Shown here one piece after another: positions 16,217 through 28,810 of a stretch of 64,000 nt of DNA (position 1 is the first letter of the stretch; every line of letters starts with the position of its first letter). A program made the translations under genes and the position numbers. The notes beneath the pieces were generated by a model. It worked only from the letters and a program-made list of their open reading frames with translations. It made no database searches and was not told where the DNA came from. Source of the DNA: Chrysemys picta bellii (taxonomy: Eukaryota). The DNA is taken from assembly GCF_011386835.1 (NCBI RefSeq), contig NC_088813.1, positions 13,702,001 to 13,766,000 on the forward strand, written 5' to 3'.

Positions 16217-19200
16217 TCATCCTTCGTTTGCGGTCCCTGTGATTGTCAGTGGGTAAGCAGCATCTGGTTGTGAGTGGCACAGTGTGCGCCCTGCGCTCTC
16301 CTCTGGGGCGTCTTCACAGTTTGTCGCTAGTCGCTGGATTTCTGCCCAGGCCTCATCTAAGTACTGAGAGGATCGGATCCACCGGAGGAACAAACCTGCC
16401 AGACACATGCAGTTTGTGTTACTATGTGTAGCCCCCAGCTCCTACCCTCAGCCCCCAACAGCAGCTGTCCCCAGCCTGTGCTCCTACCCTCTTCCCTGCA
16501 GTGACTGAGGGGAGCAGTCAAGGTTCCTGCTGATTGAACGCAGGGTCCTTGCAGTGTTGTTTAGGAGACCCCTGTATTTCAGGAGCAGCTGGCTCAAGGC
16601 CAATGCCCGAGCAGCACTTACCTTGCCAGAGCTGCAGGCTCTGAGGCTCCACGGACGGCCAGATGACCAGGGCATTGTATGTGTACAGGGGATTCAGGTG
16701 TTTCTTCAACTCGCTGGGTTGGTTCAGCCAGGACCAGAGGGAGTGAGTTTTCTCCTTCACTTCACACAAGCACCTGCATGAGCATCCAGCAGCATTTGAG
16801 TCCGTTCCCTGGGGTTCTGCAGTGCACTGGCAGCCTACGGGGATGACCGCTCCTGCAGCGAGGGCAGTGCTATGGGCCTGGGTTGATGCTCCTGCCCACG
16901 GGCGAAGCAGGAGCTGGCAGGGCATTGTGAATTTGGAGCTAAAGTCCTTTCGTGGGAGTAGCAGAAAGCCGGTGCTGGAGCGGGGCTGGGGCCATGGGTG
17001 GCTGTACAGCCAGCAGTGAAGGCAGGGAGGGAATATGCTCATCCTGTCCCTTTAGGGGGACGGAGACACCAAAGCACCCACGGGGGAGGGGAATGGGCCG
17101 TCAATGGGAATTTGGTTTGGCTGTGCTTGGCCCCAACCAACTCGGGTAACGTGGGAGCTGCTCTGTCCCTGTGGGCTGCAGCAGGTGCTGGGCCTGCTTG
17201 GCAGCTCTGCAGATCATGCCAGTCCTAGTCAACTGCCAGGCGCCTAGCTGCGGGTAGCCAGGTTTGGAAGTTTTGGCCTATCCCCTCGCATAATGGTTCT
17301 CCATCTTTCCAGCATACTGTGCCCCTTTCAGGAGTCTGATCTGTCTTGTGTAGCGCATGGTTCAGCTCCCTTTAAAATTCCCTCCTTGCCAAATCAGACA
17401 CAGAAATACAAGTCCCAGTTCACTGTTACTGAGAAATTGCTGGCTCATTTGTACCATTTCATTATAAAACGGTGGGTCTCAAACTTTTTTACTGGTGACC
17501 CCTTTCACGTCGCAAGCCTCTGAGTGCGACCCCCCTACTAAGTTAAACACACTGTTTAATATATTTAACACCAGTATAAATGCTGGAGGTGAGGAGGTTG
17601 ACAGCTCGTGGCCCCCACCATGTAATAATCTTGTGACCCTCTGAGGGGTCCCCACCCCCAGTTTGAGAACCCTTGTTATAAAAAATATCAACGGGAATAT
17701 AAATATTGTACTTGAGCCTGTTTTCCACTTGTGGGCATTGGCTGAAGCCTAATCCCCACCGCCCGGGGCTGAGGCATGTAGCTTACCTTTGTGGGGCTCC
17801 CTGTGGCGTGAGGCCCAGGGCAATTGCCCTCAATGCCACCGCCTAATGCTGGCCCTGCACTTGATACCCCCCTAAACCTGTCCTGTAACCCCCAGCTTGA
17901 GAAACACTGATCTAGATGAGTTGAGTACTCCCTAGAAGACCTTTGTGTACCCACAGGAGTATGCGTACCCCTGGCTGAGAACCACCACCGTAACAGGTGT
18001 GTAGTCTCCTAAGGCTGGTCTGAGCAGGACATGCAGGGAGGTGATAAGTGCTTGCTAGAGAGAAAGGCACACACTGTTTGCTTCGGTCTGGTGCCTTGCA
18101 AAGCCAGACAAACTATCCATGCGGGATGATTTGGCAGTAACTGGTGAGGTAAAAGTGGGCAGGGATCATAACCTTCCCCCACCTTACCCAGTGAAAACAC
18201 TAATGTGAGATCACTTATCAGTTGGGTGGGGGCTGCCCCCTGAACCCCAGGGGATTGTAAACTAGATTTGGGAGGGGGCAGGCACAGTCCTGCTAGCTCA
18301 TCTCCGAGGCCCAGGTCTTTTGATCAGTATTGTCCCTGCTCTCCGGATAACTGTCCCTTCACAGATCACTGGGCACTCACCTTTCCTTCTCGCTGTTGCA
18401 CAGAAAGGTCCCGTAGCAAGATGCGTACGTGTGTTCAAACAGCACCAGCAGGAGGCGCTCGTTAAACTGCAGGGAGAAGGGGAACTGGCGCCCCAGCTGC
18501 CAGACACAGTCGAGGAAGAGGAGGAAGATGGGAGCCTCCTGCTTGAGCCGGGAGTGGGAGTAGGCGGAGTGGGCACAGCGGAAGTGAAACGGGTGTCCTG
18601 CCTGCAAAGCCAAGGGCAGAAGGAATCCATCAGTGAGGGGGTGGGGGAAGGCTGGAATGAGTGGGCACCAGGCACAGGGGGGGGTGAACTACACAAAGGA
18701 GTTGCCTGTTCCCAGAACAGCGGGGCCCTTGGGTGAGGACCAGGGATGGGGGGGAGCAGGCGTGGGTCTCGCAAGCTGGTGTTGCTCTGAGATTTGGGCT
18801 GGCTGCTCTACTCTCTATTGCGGCTCTCGGGTTCGTGGGCCGGAGGTGCTTTGGGATGGTGGTCTGGGGGTGGGTTTGCGGGGGGGTTACCTCTATCCAC
18901 TCTCGCTCCAGCAGCCCCTGGAAGCCAGTCAGTGTCCTGCAGTCAGGGTCTAGGATCACCTGGGCCAGAGCGGTCACCAGCAGGGTGGTATCTGTCCCCT
19001 CGGCTCCATGCACCAGGACGCAGGCCTCTTCCCTGAAGGCAAACACAGCGCAGCAGTCACCAGAAAGAAAGTGCCCTGGGTCCCAGCAGGCCAGTGAGTG
19101 GTGGGGTCCCAACTTGCGACCAGTGAGAAAGTGACAGAGCCCCAGGGCTGAAGAGAGCCGCTGGGGCTGCCTGGGGCAGGAGGGGACAGGGCCGGTGTTT

Positions 19201-22200
19201 GAATCACAGCTCGGATGCCTTAGGCTGTCGCTGTGTGTGGATCAAGGCTCCCAGGATGCTGACAGCTGTGGTTATTCTGCAGCCAGCCGGGGAGCTTTAT
19301 CTAATGCTCAGTAAGTACCTTCCATCATTAATCCTCCTGTACATTTTTTTTAAACACAGATGGGGAAACTGAGGCCCAGGAAGTGGCTGTGACTGCTGAG
19401 GCTGCATGGGGAGTCAGGGGCAAGACTGGGAACAGAAGGGTGTCCCTTGCTCCCAGTTGGGGTCCAGGGGCTAGGCCAGGTACCTCCCAGGAACCCCAGC
19501 TCACATACAGCCTGTTGATCTCTTTACAAAGACCTTTTCCAGGGGGAAAGAATTGGCAAGAGCCTGCAAGGGACAGCAGGGCTCAGAGCAGCAGGTGATA
19601 CAACTCAGCACACTGTCCCCAAAGCAGCTGAGTGCCTGCCCCTTCCACCCCCTCCTCTCACCTCTCCATGCACTGGGCGGCCAGGCAGGCGGTGCTCAGG
19701 GCCCCCTTGACGTGGGCCAGCCATTTGGAGCTCTCCAGCTTGCTCAGCCAGCGGTCCATGCTGAGGGAAGTGTCGTTGCAGGCTTCTACCAGCTTAATGA
19801 AACTCTCCTGGAGCGGGCGGCCCCTGAGAGGGGAAGGAGGAGGAGGAAGCCATCAGGGTGTTGCTTGGAGAGGGGGGTATGTGTGTGTGTGTGTGTGTGA
19901 GATGGTTTCTAGGCTCCTTCAATAAGTCCGCACCACCTGAGGAGGAGGGGAAGTTGGAGCGTCTGTCCCAATGTTCCTGGAGGGGGGGCTGCAGAACTAG
20001 CACAGCTGGGCCAGTAACCACCAGTGTAATGAGTGGGCCAGGCCTTGGCATAGCACAGCTGCACGTATTATGGTGCCAATGGAGACAAAAGGGCAGGGGG
20101 TTAATGTCTAATGTAAATGTCGACGCTCCCTGTAAGAGTCATGTCAGAGATCCCCATGCACGGCAGGTGACGCCACCAGCCTCCATGCGGGGGGCTTAGA
20201 GAGAGCTGCTGCGCTTACCTCTCCAGTGGCCTGTGCAGCCTCTTCCAGTGGGGATAGGAGGATTTGGGCTCCGTGCCGCCCCCCATCACCCGAGCCTGCT
20301 TGGCTGCCTGAGCTGAGCGGGTGTCGATGATGAAGCCACGCTCCCCTCCATCCAGGACGGCGCTGAGCAGCAGTTCATCCTCTTGGCAGCGCTTCCTGTT
20401 GGGCCCTATCAGTGGCTGGCTGCTACGGAGCATCACCTGCAGGGCAGAGGAGTAAGGTCGTCTTTCCTCCCCTCGTGCACTGCTGCAAACAGACCTTAAG
20501 CTAAGCAGGCTTTGGCTTGTTTAGTATTTGGTTAGGAGACCTCTGAGGGCAAACCCAGCTGCTCTCAGAGTCCTGGCTCGGTTCCAGCTTAGATTCAGTG
20601 GTTCTCTTCTGGCTCTTTCATTTCCCCTTGCAGTTTGTTGGAGACAGTGTTCTTTGTTACTTCCTGTACCGAACAGCTGTGCAGTGTTGCTGTGAGCTGT
20701 TCAACAGCTGCAGTGCCTCACCCCAGAAGTGGCTCAATTTGTTGGTGAAGTGCTTTGGGATCCTCAGAGAGGTCGTATCTGATTATAGTGCTATTGGTGG
20801 CAGATACACAGGGGAAGCTCTGATCTGCAGAAGCTTTCCCGCTCTCATTCACCCTCTGAGAGGAGAGCAAGAAACTAAAAGGGAAACAGACTCACCGTCC
20901 CATTCTTTTTGTGATAGTAGCTGAGGACAGGGAATCGTCCCCCCTGGCGGAACCGGGCGGCCTTCTTCAAGACATTATCGTCCACTGTGGCTGGTACAAT
21001 TACAGCTAGTGGGTAACTGGAGCAGATGGTGAAATCCCCGTTAACACAGCTCAGCCTCCAAGCACTTGTCTGGGAAGTACAGAAGTGTCAGGCTCTGATT
21101 CCTACAGCTTTCACCCCCGGGGGACAGAGTGGGTGGGGTGGGGGGCGTCTATCCCAGATGGATATTTTACGCTACCCTGGAGGGCCCACTTCTACAGCAG
21201 CTATCTGCACGGCTCAGCTAGTCCTTGCCCTCTCTGCTAAGACGGTCAGCGAGGGGGCCTGTGGTGGAGGGTGGGCTTTCTGATGTGGACTTCTGTCCCA
21301 TTTGGGGCTGGAGTGACACTCACCAATTCATCTCCCGTAGGCAGGGGTGAAAGTAACTTAAATGACTTACTGGTATGCAGGGTAGCCGGGGTCCTGGGCA
21401 AGGTTGGGGGGGTGGGGCGGCTCTGGGCCCCCAGAAGGGGCGGGGCCTTGGGCCAAAATCCCCCAGCCAGCCCTTCAGCGCTGCCTGGGCCGCACCGCCC
21501 GGAGCTCCAGGCGCTGGCGCGGTAGGCAACAGGAGCCCCGGGCCCTTTAAATCACCACCAGAGCCCCAGAGCTCCTGGCCACTGTGGGCCCTTTAAATCA
21601 CCGCTGGAGCCCTGGGGCATCTGCCCCTTTTGCCCCCCCACCCCCTATCAGTGCCGGTATGGTTGGCACTTTCTTACCGATACGCCGTTCTGGACCGTGC
21701 CCTATGTGTTGTGTATGGAGTGGCTCAATCCCCCACCCCGTCTTGAAGGACATTTCTGGAGTGATCTCTCTCTCCCACCCCCTGCCACACTGATCTCTCA
21801 TTGAAAAGGTTTCTGCCCCTCCATACCCACCTCTGAGGCGATTTGTTGGTAGTAATGTTGAAGGGGGTAAAGCTGCCATCCATCCTTGAGCTTCATGCTT
21901 TGGGGTCTGTAGAAGAATGGGTACATCATCATCACTGAATCCACAGAAGAGAGGGCCTAGAAGAAAGAACCAGGATGAACACACACATGGAATTGGTCTC
22001 TATTCATAGTATATGGACCAGCACCCACACGATACTGACTACGTGTTAGGGAAGGGCTAGTACAGCCCACAAGAGCCAGCCTGCATCCAGAATGCAGCTA
22101 CTGCAAAGACAGCAGCTATCAGAGGGGATAACACCACTCCCACCGGGCCTCAGGGCTTCTTTGCACCCGAATCCAATTTTAAGTCTTAATGGCAGGAGAA

Positions 22201-25200
22201 ATACGTAGCTGAGCTGGGCTGTGCGCCAGCCACAGAGCTAGTGCAGCCCACCGCTGACTTCATCTTTCATACATAGATTCTAAGGCCCAAAGGGACCAGT
22301 GTGATCATCTAGTCTGACCTGTATAACAAATGCCTAGAGCAGATCTTTTAGAAAAACATCCAATCTTGATTTTAAAAGTGTCAGCGATGGGGAATCCACC
22401 ACAACCCTGGGTAAACTGGCCCAAGCTTAATTACCCCCCACTGTTAAAATGTACGCCTTATTTCCGATCTGTTTGTCTAGCTTCAACTTCCAGCCATTGG
22501 ATACTGTGAGACCGTTCTCTGTGACACTGAAGAGCCTATTTTTAAATATGTGTCGATCTTTATAGACTGTGATCAAGTCACCCCTTAACCTTCTTTTTGC
22601 TAAGTTACATAGATTGAGCTCCTACCATTCTAAGGCAGGTTTCTAATCCTTTTACCATTCTTGTGGCCCTGCTCTGAACCCTCTCAAATTTATCAATATC
22701 CTTCTTGAATTGTGGGCATCAGAACTGGACACAGGATTCCAGCAGCGGCTGTACTGGTGCCAAACATAGAGGCAAAATAACTTCTCGGTTCCTACTTGAG
22801 AGTCCCCTATTTATGGCTCCCAGGATCACATTATCTCTTTTGGCCACAGAGTTATCCTGGGAGGATTATCCACCACAGCCCCCACCCCCACTTGCTGACG
22901 ATTCCCCATTTACAATTACATTTGAGACCTATCAGTTAGCCAAGTTTTATTCCATGTAATGTGTGCCATGTACATTTTACATCGTTCTAGTCTTTTAATC
23001 AAAAAGTCTTTGTGGTACCAAACCAAACGCTTTAGAGAAGTCTAAGTATATTACGTCAACACTATTATCTTTATCAGACAAACTGGCAATCTCATTAAAA
23101 AATATATCACGTTTATTTGACCGGATCTATTTTCCATAAACCCATATTAATTTGCATTAATTACATTATCATTCTTTAATTCTTTATTAATCAACTCCCC
23201 ATATCAGCAGCTCCATTATCTTGCCAAGCATCAATGTCAGGCTGACAGGCCTATAATTACCCAGGTCATCCCATTTACTTTTTTTAAAAACTGGCATTAC
23301 ATTAGCTTTCTTCCAGTTTTCTGGAACTTCCCCAGTGCCCCAAGACGTATTGAAAATCAACAGTAATGGTAGGGTTACCATACGTCCAGTTTTTCCCGGA
23401 CATGTCTGGCTTTTTGGTTATCAAACCCCTGTCCGGGGGGAATTTCCAAAAAGCCGAACATGTCCAGGAAAAATACTCCCTGGCTTACCTTAGAGCGGAC
23501 GCCAGGGGCTGCTGTGCTCCCTGATTCCTGGGCTCTGTAAGAGCCGAGCTGCCCGAGCACTACCGGCTTCGGGCAGCCCCCATGCCTCTGGACCCTGTGT
23601 CCCCGGCTGGGCACTTCCCCTCCCAGGGTCTGGGGGCGCAGGGTCCGGAGGCAAGGGGGCTGCCCGAAGCCCAAGAGCTACCGGCTTCACGGTTTGCCGG
23701 GCAGCCTCCAGACCCTGCGCCCCCGGCTGGGCGCTTCCCCTCCCGGGCTCCAGCTGCGCTGGGGAAGCGCTGGCCGGGGGCACAGGGTCTGGGGGCTGTC
23801 CAGCAAACCATGAAGCCGGTAGCACTCGGGCAGCCCTTTTCGCGTGGCTGGGAGAGAGGAGGGGGAATGCAGGGCGCTCAGGGGAGGGGGCGGAGTTAGG
23901 GCGGGGACTTTGGGGAAGGGCCGGGGAAGGGGGGTGGGGCCCCGTGGAGTGTCCTCTTTTTTTATTTTTTAAATATGGTAACCCTAAGTAATGGTCCAAT
24001 GAGCTCCTCAGTCAGCTCTTTTCAAACTCTGGGATGCAAGTTATCTAGACCTGCTGATTTTAAAATGTTTAATATCCTCCAGCGACACTAGTGGAATGGA
24101 AAGAGTGTTAGTGCATCACCATTTGACAAGACTGTTTTCCCCCCGAATACAGAACTCCTCCTTATTGTCTTTAACTGTGCTGGCCATAGATTTCTCCTTA
24201 TGTCCCTTTGATTCCCCTTATCGGTTTTCTACAATTCCTAACTTCTGATTTATATTCATTACTATCAACTTTCTCTTTCTTCCATATGGAAGCGCATCCC
24301 CTGGAAACTACAGGCTCCAGCATGCAATGCAGTCAGGCCACCTGAATCAAAATGGCACATTGCATGCTGGGAACTGTACTCTCTTTGGGCCACACCTTCA
24401 CATTAAAGGTGAGGGTGTCTTGATCCTGCATCCATTCAGGTCAATGGCAAAACTTCCACTGAGTTGGCTGGGAGCAGGACTGGGTTGCAAGCCAAGGCCT
24501 TTGAGATCCTGGTCAAGTTTTCGCAGGGTGCCCCTAGGTCATCACAATGTGCTAGTGAGATGGACCCAGCAGGTGCGTTTGAAAGCCCCTAAGGAGATCA
24601 GAATGCAAACAAAGGCCAGAGGGAAGTCAATAATTACCCACGTTAATGATGAACTCAAAGCAAACACCACAGCGGCACTGCGCTTCCTCTTGCCAAATGT
24701 CAAAACCTTCCACGCTGGGCAGAGGATCTTTCCAGGAGCTGCATGTGACTGCCTTCCAATCCCAGCCCAGCCCCCAGCTACACTCTGGGTGGCCAAAAGG
24801 CCATGCCCGTCCCTTCTGCAGAGAACGAATCTCGAGCCACCAGTTGGCACTGACTGACCTCAGTGGAGCTGGCGATGTTGAGACATTCCTCCATACCCGG
24901 GATCTCCAGCTGCAGCACCTTCAGGTCTTTGCACTTGAGTGTGATTGTGCCCAAGGAACTTGCAATCCTGCGGGGAGATGCCAGACAGGAGCTGGGAGTC
25001 AGACCCTATGTCCTTGTCTCTTGGATCAACCACAATCCAAACCCCCAAAGTAGAGTCCAGCTGCTGCATGTGTGAGCGTGGGTGCGTGTGAGCATAGGTA
25101 CGTGTATGTAAAAAGAGACGTGATAGACAAGAGGCAGGTGAGAACTTGAGTGTGCATGAGAACATACGTGTGTAAGAATATGTCTAGTGACTTTCGTCTG

Positions 25201-26512
25201 TGCTGGGCAGTTGTTTGCATTGTTTGCCTTCACGGCTGCCCTGGAGGATGGGTGAACGTGTGATTGTGGAAGCGTGGCTGTGTCTGTGCACGTGGAGGTG
25301 CAAATGTGGGAGCCTGTGCTTGGGAGGGTCTGAACGGGATGACGGTAAGGAGCGTGTGTTAGAGCGTGTTTTATTCCACCTGTCCCCAGGGTGTAAAGGA
25401 CGGGGGTTTCCAGTCCTTCTGGAGCAGCTCAGGCGCGTTGTCCGTCACCAGAGGAAAGCTGGCTCATCCCTGACGAGTAAGATGGAAGCACCGTTCACTT
25501 GGCTGCCCGGCCCCACCTTCTCCCCTGTCTTTCCCCGACTCCTGACAGAAGCAGTGAGGCCAGTGTCCTCCCCACCTCTCTGCGGAGAGGATACTAAAGC
25601 AAGCGTTGCAGACGCAGGTCCCTGGTGCCCCAGCCCAGCGCAGCTGTCTGAGCGGGAAGCTGGTCACTAGTTAGTGCAAAGCCAGGCGTTTTAGGTGGGT
25701 TAGAGCCAATACAGGGGTAAAAGCCAAACCTGGTCTCTTGGTGGGAGCTGTTAGTCCTGGAGGTTTGGTACCAGCCTAGGTTCTGAACACTGAGTCACAG
25801 AAAAGAAGAGAGGTTATTGCACAGGGCTTGAGCTGCACCATCTGGCTAGCCCCAAGGGCAGAGGAGAGAATGGAAAAAGAGGCGAAAGCCTGTTCTGTCC
25901 CCTAACCAGCTGCTCGCCCCATGCTGGACGCAGCGCTCGACTGGGACACGCAGCAACCACAGCTGAAGGCAGAGTTCAGTGTCTCGTCCCAGCCCCTGCT
26001 CTATGCTGGGGGCAGAGTTGGTGAGATCCACTCTGTTGTTCTCTGGGTCACCAGGGCGGACGGGCACCAAGGGAGGATAAGTGAATGGTGAACAATGTGG
26101 GTGGGGCCTGTAGACAAGAGACAGACCCCTGGTTCAACACACGCCCCTTCCCCCCAGATCTGGGGGCGTGAGCCGCGGGACTTCCACTGACGCCAATGGG
26201 CCCATCCCAGCTCTGACCACTCACAGACTCTCTCTCTCTCACTCAGAAGGTGAGACTGTGTCAGACACACACGCTTCCCCGGTGGGACATCGTGAAGGGG
26301 GCAGGGGAGACTCACCTTTTCTCAACAGCGTCCACGTTCCGGATGAGAAGCCAAAGCTCCACCGTGCCCTGCTCCCCATGGCCCCCGGGCTGGGACGACA
26401 GCAGCAGGTGATGGCTGGTGATGCACAGCGTCCCCTTGATCGGCGGGAGCCCGGGGCATGAGAGCTGCACGTTCTCCACCTTCGCTGTCTTGATCAGCTC
26501 TGCAAACTCCAT
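16217..26512 (-). CDS. Myotubularin-related protein 9-like pseudophosphatase, 559 aa, intact ORF; complement(join(16217..16395,16622..16773,18381..18601,18891..19032,19662..19823,20219..20436,20896..21069,21831..21956,24859..24967,26316..26512))
   Basis: Ten exons (197,109,126,174,218,162,142,221,152,179 = 1680 nt), all GT-AG, with no internal stop. Starts MEFAELIKTAKVENV; contains LEIPGMEECLNIASS, GGRFPVLSYYHKKNG, MDRWLSKLE, VLVHGAEGTDTT, APIFLLFLDCVWQ and VIWPSVEPQSLQLW. Clear MTMR9 homolog located between EIF3I and FAM167B, the position of human MTMR9LP. Confidence 0.93.
17470..17675. mobile_element. hAT-Charlie-like MITE
   Basis: Termini cggtgggtctcaaac / gtttgagaacccttg; perfect 8-bp TSD TTATAAAA (17462-17469, 17676-17683). 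Confidence 0.75.
17684..17909. mobile_element. Truncated hAT-Charlie-like element
   Basis: Right terminus cttgagaaacactg followed by the Charlie-type target ATCTAGAT; left end not identified. Confidence 0.5.
20605..20770 (+). mobile_element. AmnSINE1-like 3' fragment
   Basis: Similar to 50870-51070 (tttccccttgcagttt..acttcctgt..gtgttgctgtg..caccccagaagtggc..aagtgctttgggatcc). Confidence 0.6.
22268..24290 (-). mobile_element. CR1 LINE, 5'-truncated and decayed, interrupted by a MITE
   Basis: Reverse-complemented CR1 tail (catagattc) at ~22272. The minus ORF 23187..23381 encodes the RT-adjacent motif GEVPENWKKANVMPVFKK..GNYRPVSLT. Confidence 0.85.
23370..23986. mobile_element. hAT (Blackjack-like) non-autonomous element nested in CR1
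   Basis: Perfect 13-bp TIR TAGGGTTACCATA / TATGGTAACCCTA; perfect 8-bp TSD AGTAATGG (23362-23369, 23987-23994). Confidence 0.9.
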
Positions 26513-28559
26513 GGCGACGGCAGCGGTGCCGAGCTGAACCCTGGCAAGGAGTGCGGGGCACAGAGAGCCCCAAAGAATTGTCACGTGTCCTTCCCAAAGG
26601 GCTGATGGGCAACAGTGACCAACAAAGTCCTCGGCCAGCACCTAAAACGGACATAAAAGGAGACGGAGACTCAGCGCCAATGGGGGACAGGCCGTGGGAG
26701 GTGCAGAGCATCCTCTCTTTGCCATTTCCTTCCCACCCCCTCCTACAGGTTCATGCTTCCCTCTTCCCACTGTACTGTCTTAGGCCAATATAGGGTCATC
26801 CCCTGCAGTCTAGTCTCCATTGCTTTATTCGATCCCTTTTTAAACAACCCACATTTAACGCTGCTTAGGGCCCATGGAACTTTCCATCTGCAAAGCACGG
26901 GTGGAGCATTACCTAATTCAGCCCTAGGTCCCATCCTGGGAGTGGGTCAGTGTCATTAGCTCCACTTTACAGATGGAGGCACGGAGAGGCGACGTGACTT
27001 ACTCAAGGGCTCAGAGGGAGTCAGTGGCAGCCGCGGTTAGCACTTGGGGAGGAGTTCCCAGCACCCAGGCCTCTGCTCAGGCTGACGAACCACCCCTCTA
27101 TCTCTCCTTGCGTATGTCTACATGGATGGTGGTGCAGCCCTATGCGTCATCCCCAGGGTTATCATTTAAAGGTTATTATTGAAATCTGATATGTTTAGCT
27201 GCAGGTGAAAATCCAGCCCCCACCTTGCAAGAAGCTATTGTTATTATTTAGGATTTGTAGTGCGGCAGCGTGGAGGAGCCTCAATGCGCTAGGAGCTGTA
27301 CAAACCCAGACCTGCCCCAAAGAGCTTCCAATCTATAATTCATCCTTGGAGGCTGAGGGGTTAGCTCCCTCCCTCTATTCCCAGGCACGCTGGGCTCCAG
27401 AATAGACCCCTTTCTAAAACCAGAAACGTCTTCAGAGCTGCTCCGCTTGGCCAGGCTCGGTACAGGGACATTAGACAGAACCTGCTCAAACCCCCTTCGC
27501 CCCTAAGTAAGGGGTGGAAGCAGGGATGCCTTCCCCATCTTGAGGAACAGGCTTCTCTTTTGGAATAAGCAGCAGCAGGAACCAAGTGATTAATACCCCC
27601 CAACATCTGACCCCCAGCAACGGCCACTGCCCTTACCTGTTTCTGGAATGGCAACCCTCAGGCTGCAGTCAGAGAGCTGGGTCATCAGAGGGGGCAGATC
27701 CTGTTCAAGGGGAGCTTGATCCGAAACCTCTAGTGCTGGGATCACTGCCGCAAAGGAATTCTTTGGCTGGAAAAGCCATGCCCCAGCGAACAGGGGCGCC
27801 CGGGTGCTGGCAGCAGGGAATGCGCCACAGAGATGGGCACAGCGGCTTCTGCAGCAGGCATGCAATACCTTGCGGCAGCTGCTGCTTCTGAGAAGCTGGT
27901 GATAAGCATGTTCTGATGCAGGGGTTGTGAAACACAGCAACAGGAACTGAGCAGGCTGCCGTGTGGGTGAGGCCGAGAAGCAGAGAGGGAGGATGTCGGG
28001 TTTAAGGTGGCCTGGCTCCAGTTTTTGATATAGTTTCTCCCTGGTGTGAGGCTTGGGCAGATGAAATGAGCCCAGGTTGGGTCTCGCAGGCCCTGCAGGG
28101 ACCCAAGAGCTTTGCCTTTCAATCACTGCAGGGGGCTTTTCCCAGGCTCAGGGTCGTGATGGACAGGTAGGGGGAAAAGAATCCAGATGGGGTCCCCTCC
28201 CTCCCGGGGGAGGATGGGGCAGCAGAGGAAGTAAAGTTCTGGGGATACCAGGGTGACAGAGGGCCTCAATTTGGGGGAGGCGGGGGAGACAAGGGGAACC
28301 TGCCCGTTGGAGGCACAGGGCTCCTAGCTTCGGGCACCTTGGGAGGGCTGAAGAATTGAATCTGTGGAAAGGGGACAAAGTCTCGATCCCTCAGCCGGGG
28401 AGGGAGTTGGGGAGATCGAGGGCATTCCGGTCAGAGGGTGCTAGAGACAGGCGGGGGGGGGGGGGGGAGGGTATACAGCTGGCTGATAGAAATATGCCCA
28501 GTGAGTCGTGACTAGTAAACAATTCCCCCCCAGACACTGTAGGCTTCTTTACCTATCCT

Positions 28560-28810
28560 CAGTGCCACCTTTTCTGTTACCCAGGGCCCCTGCCCAGACC
28601 CAGCTCTGCAGTCTCTGTTACCCAGAATCCCTCTGGCCCACTGCCTGCAACTAGTGACACAATCTCTATTACCCAGAATCCCCCAGGCCCACTGCCTGGA
28701 ACCAGTGCCACAATCTCTATTACCCAGAATCCCCCAGGCCCACTGCCTGGAACCAGTGCCACAATCTCTATTACCCAGAAGCCTCAAGGGCCCCTGCCCA
28801 GACCGAGCCC
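28560..28810. repeat. 51-bp minisatellite, ~4-5 copies
   Basis: tctattacccagaa recurs at 28665, 28716 and 28767 (period 51), with degenerate flanking copies. Confidence 0.85.

Noticed and set aside
16217-26512. Calling this gene MTMR9 itself, or a pseudogene
   Set aside because: Synteny matches the MTMR9LP position and the sequence is clearly diverged from canonical MTMR9. No frameshift or premature stop was found, so it is not a pseudogene.
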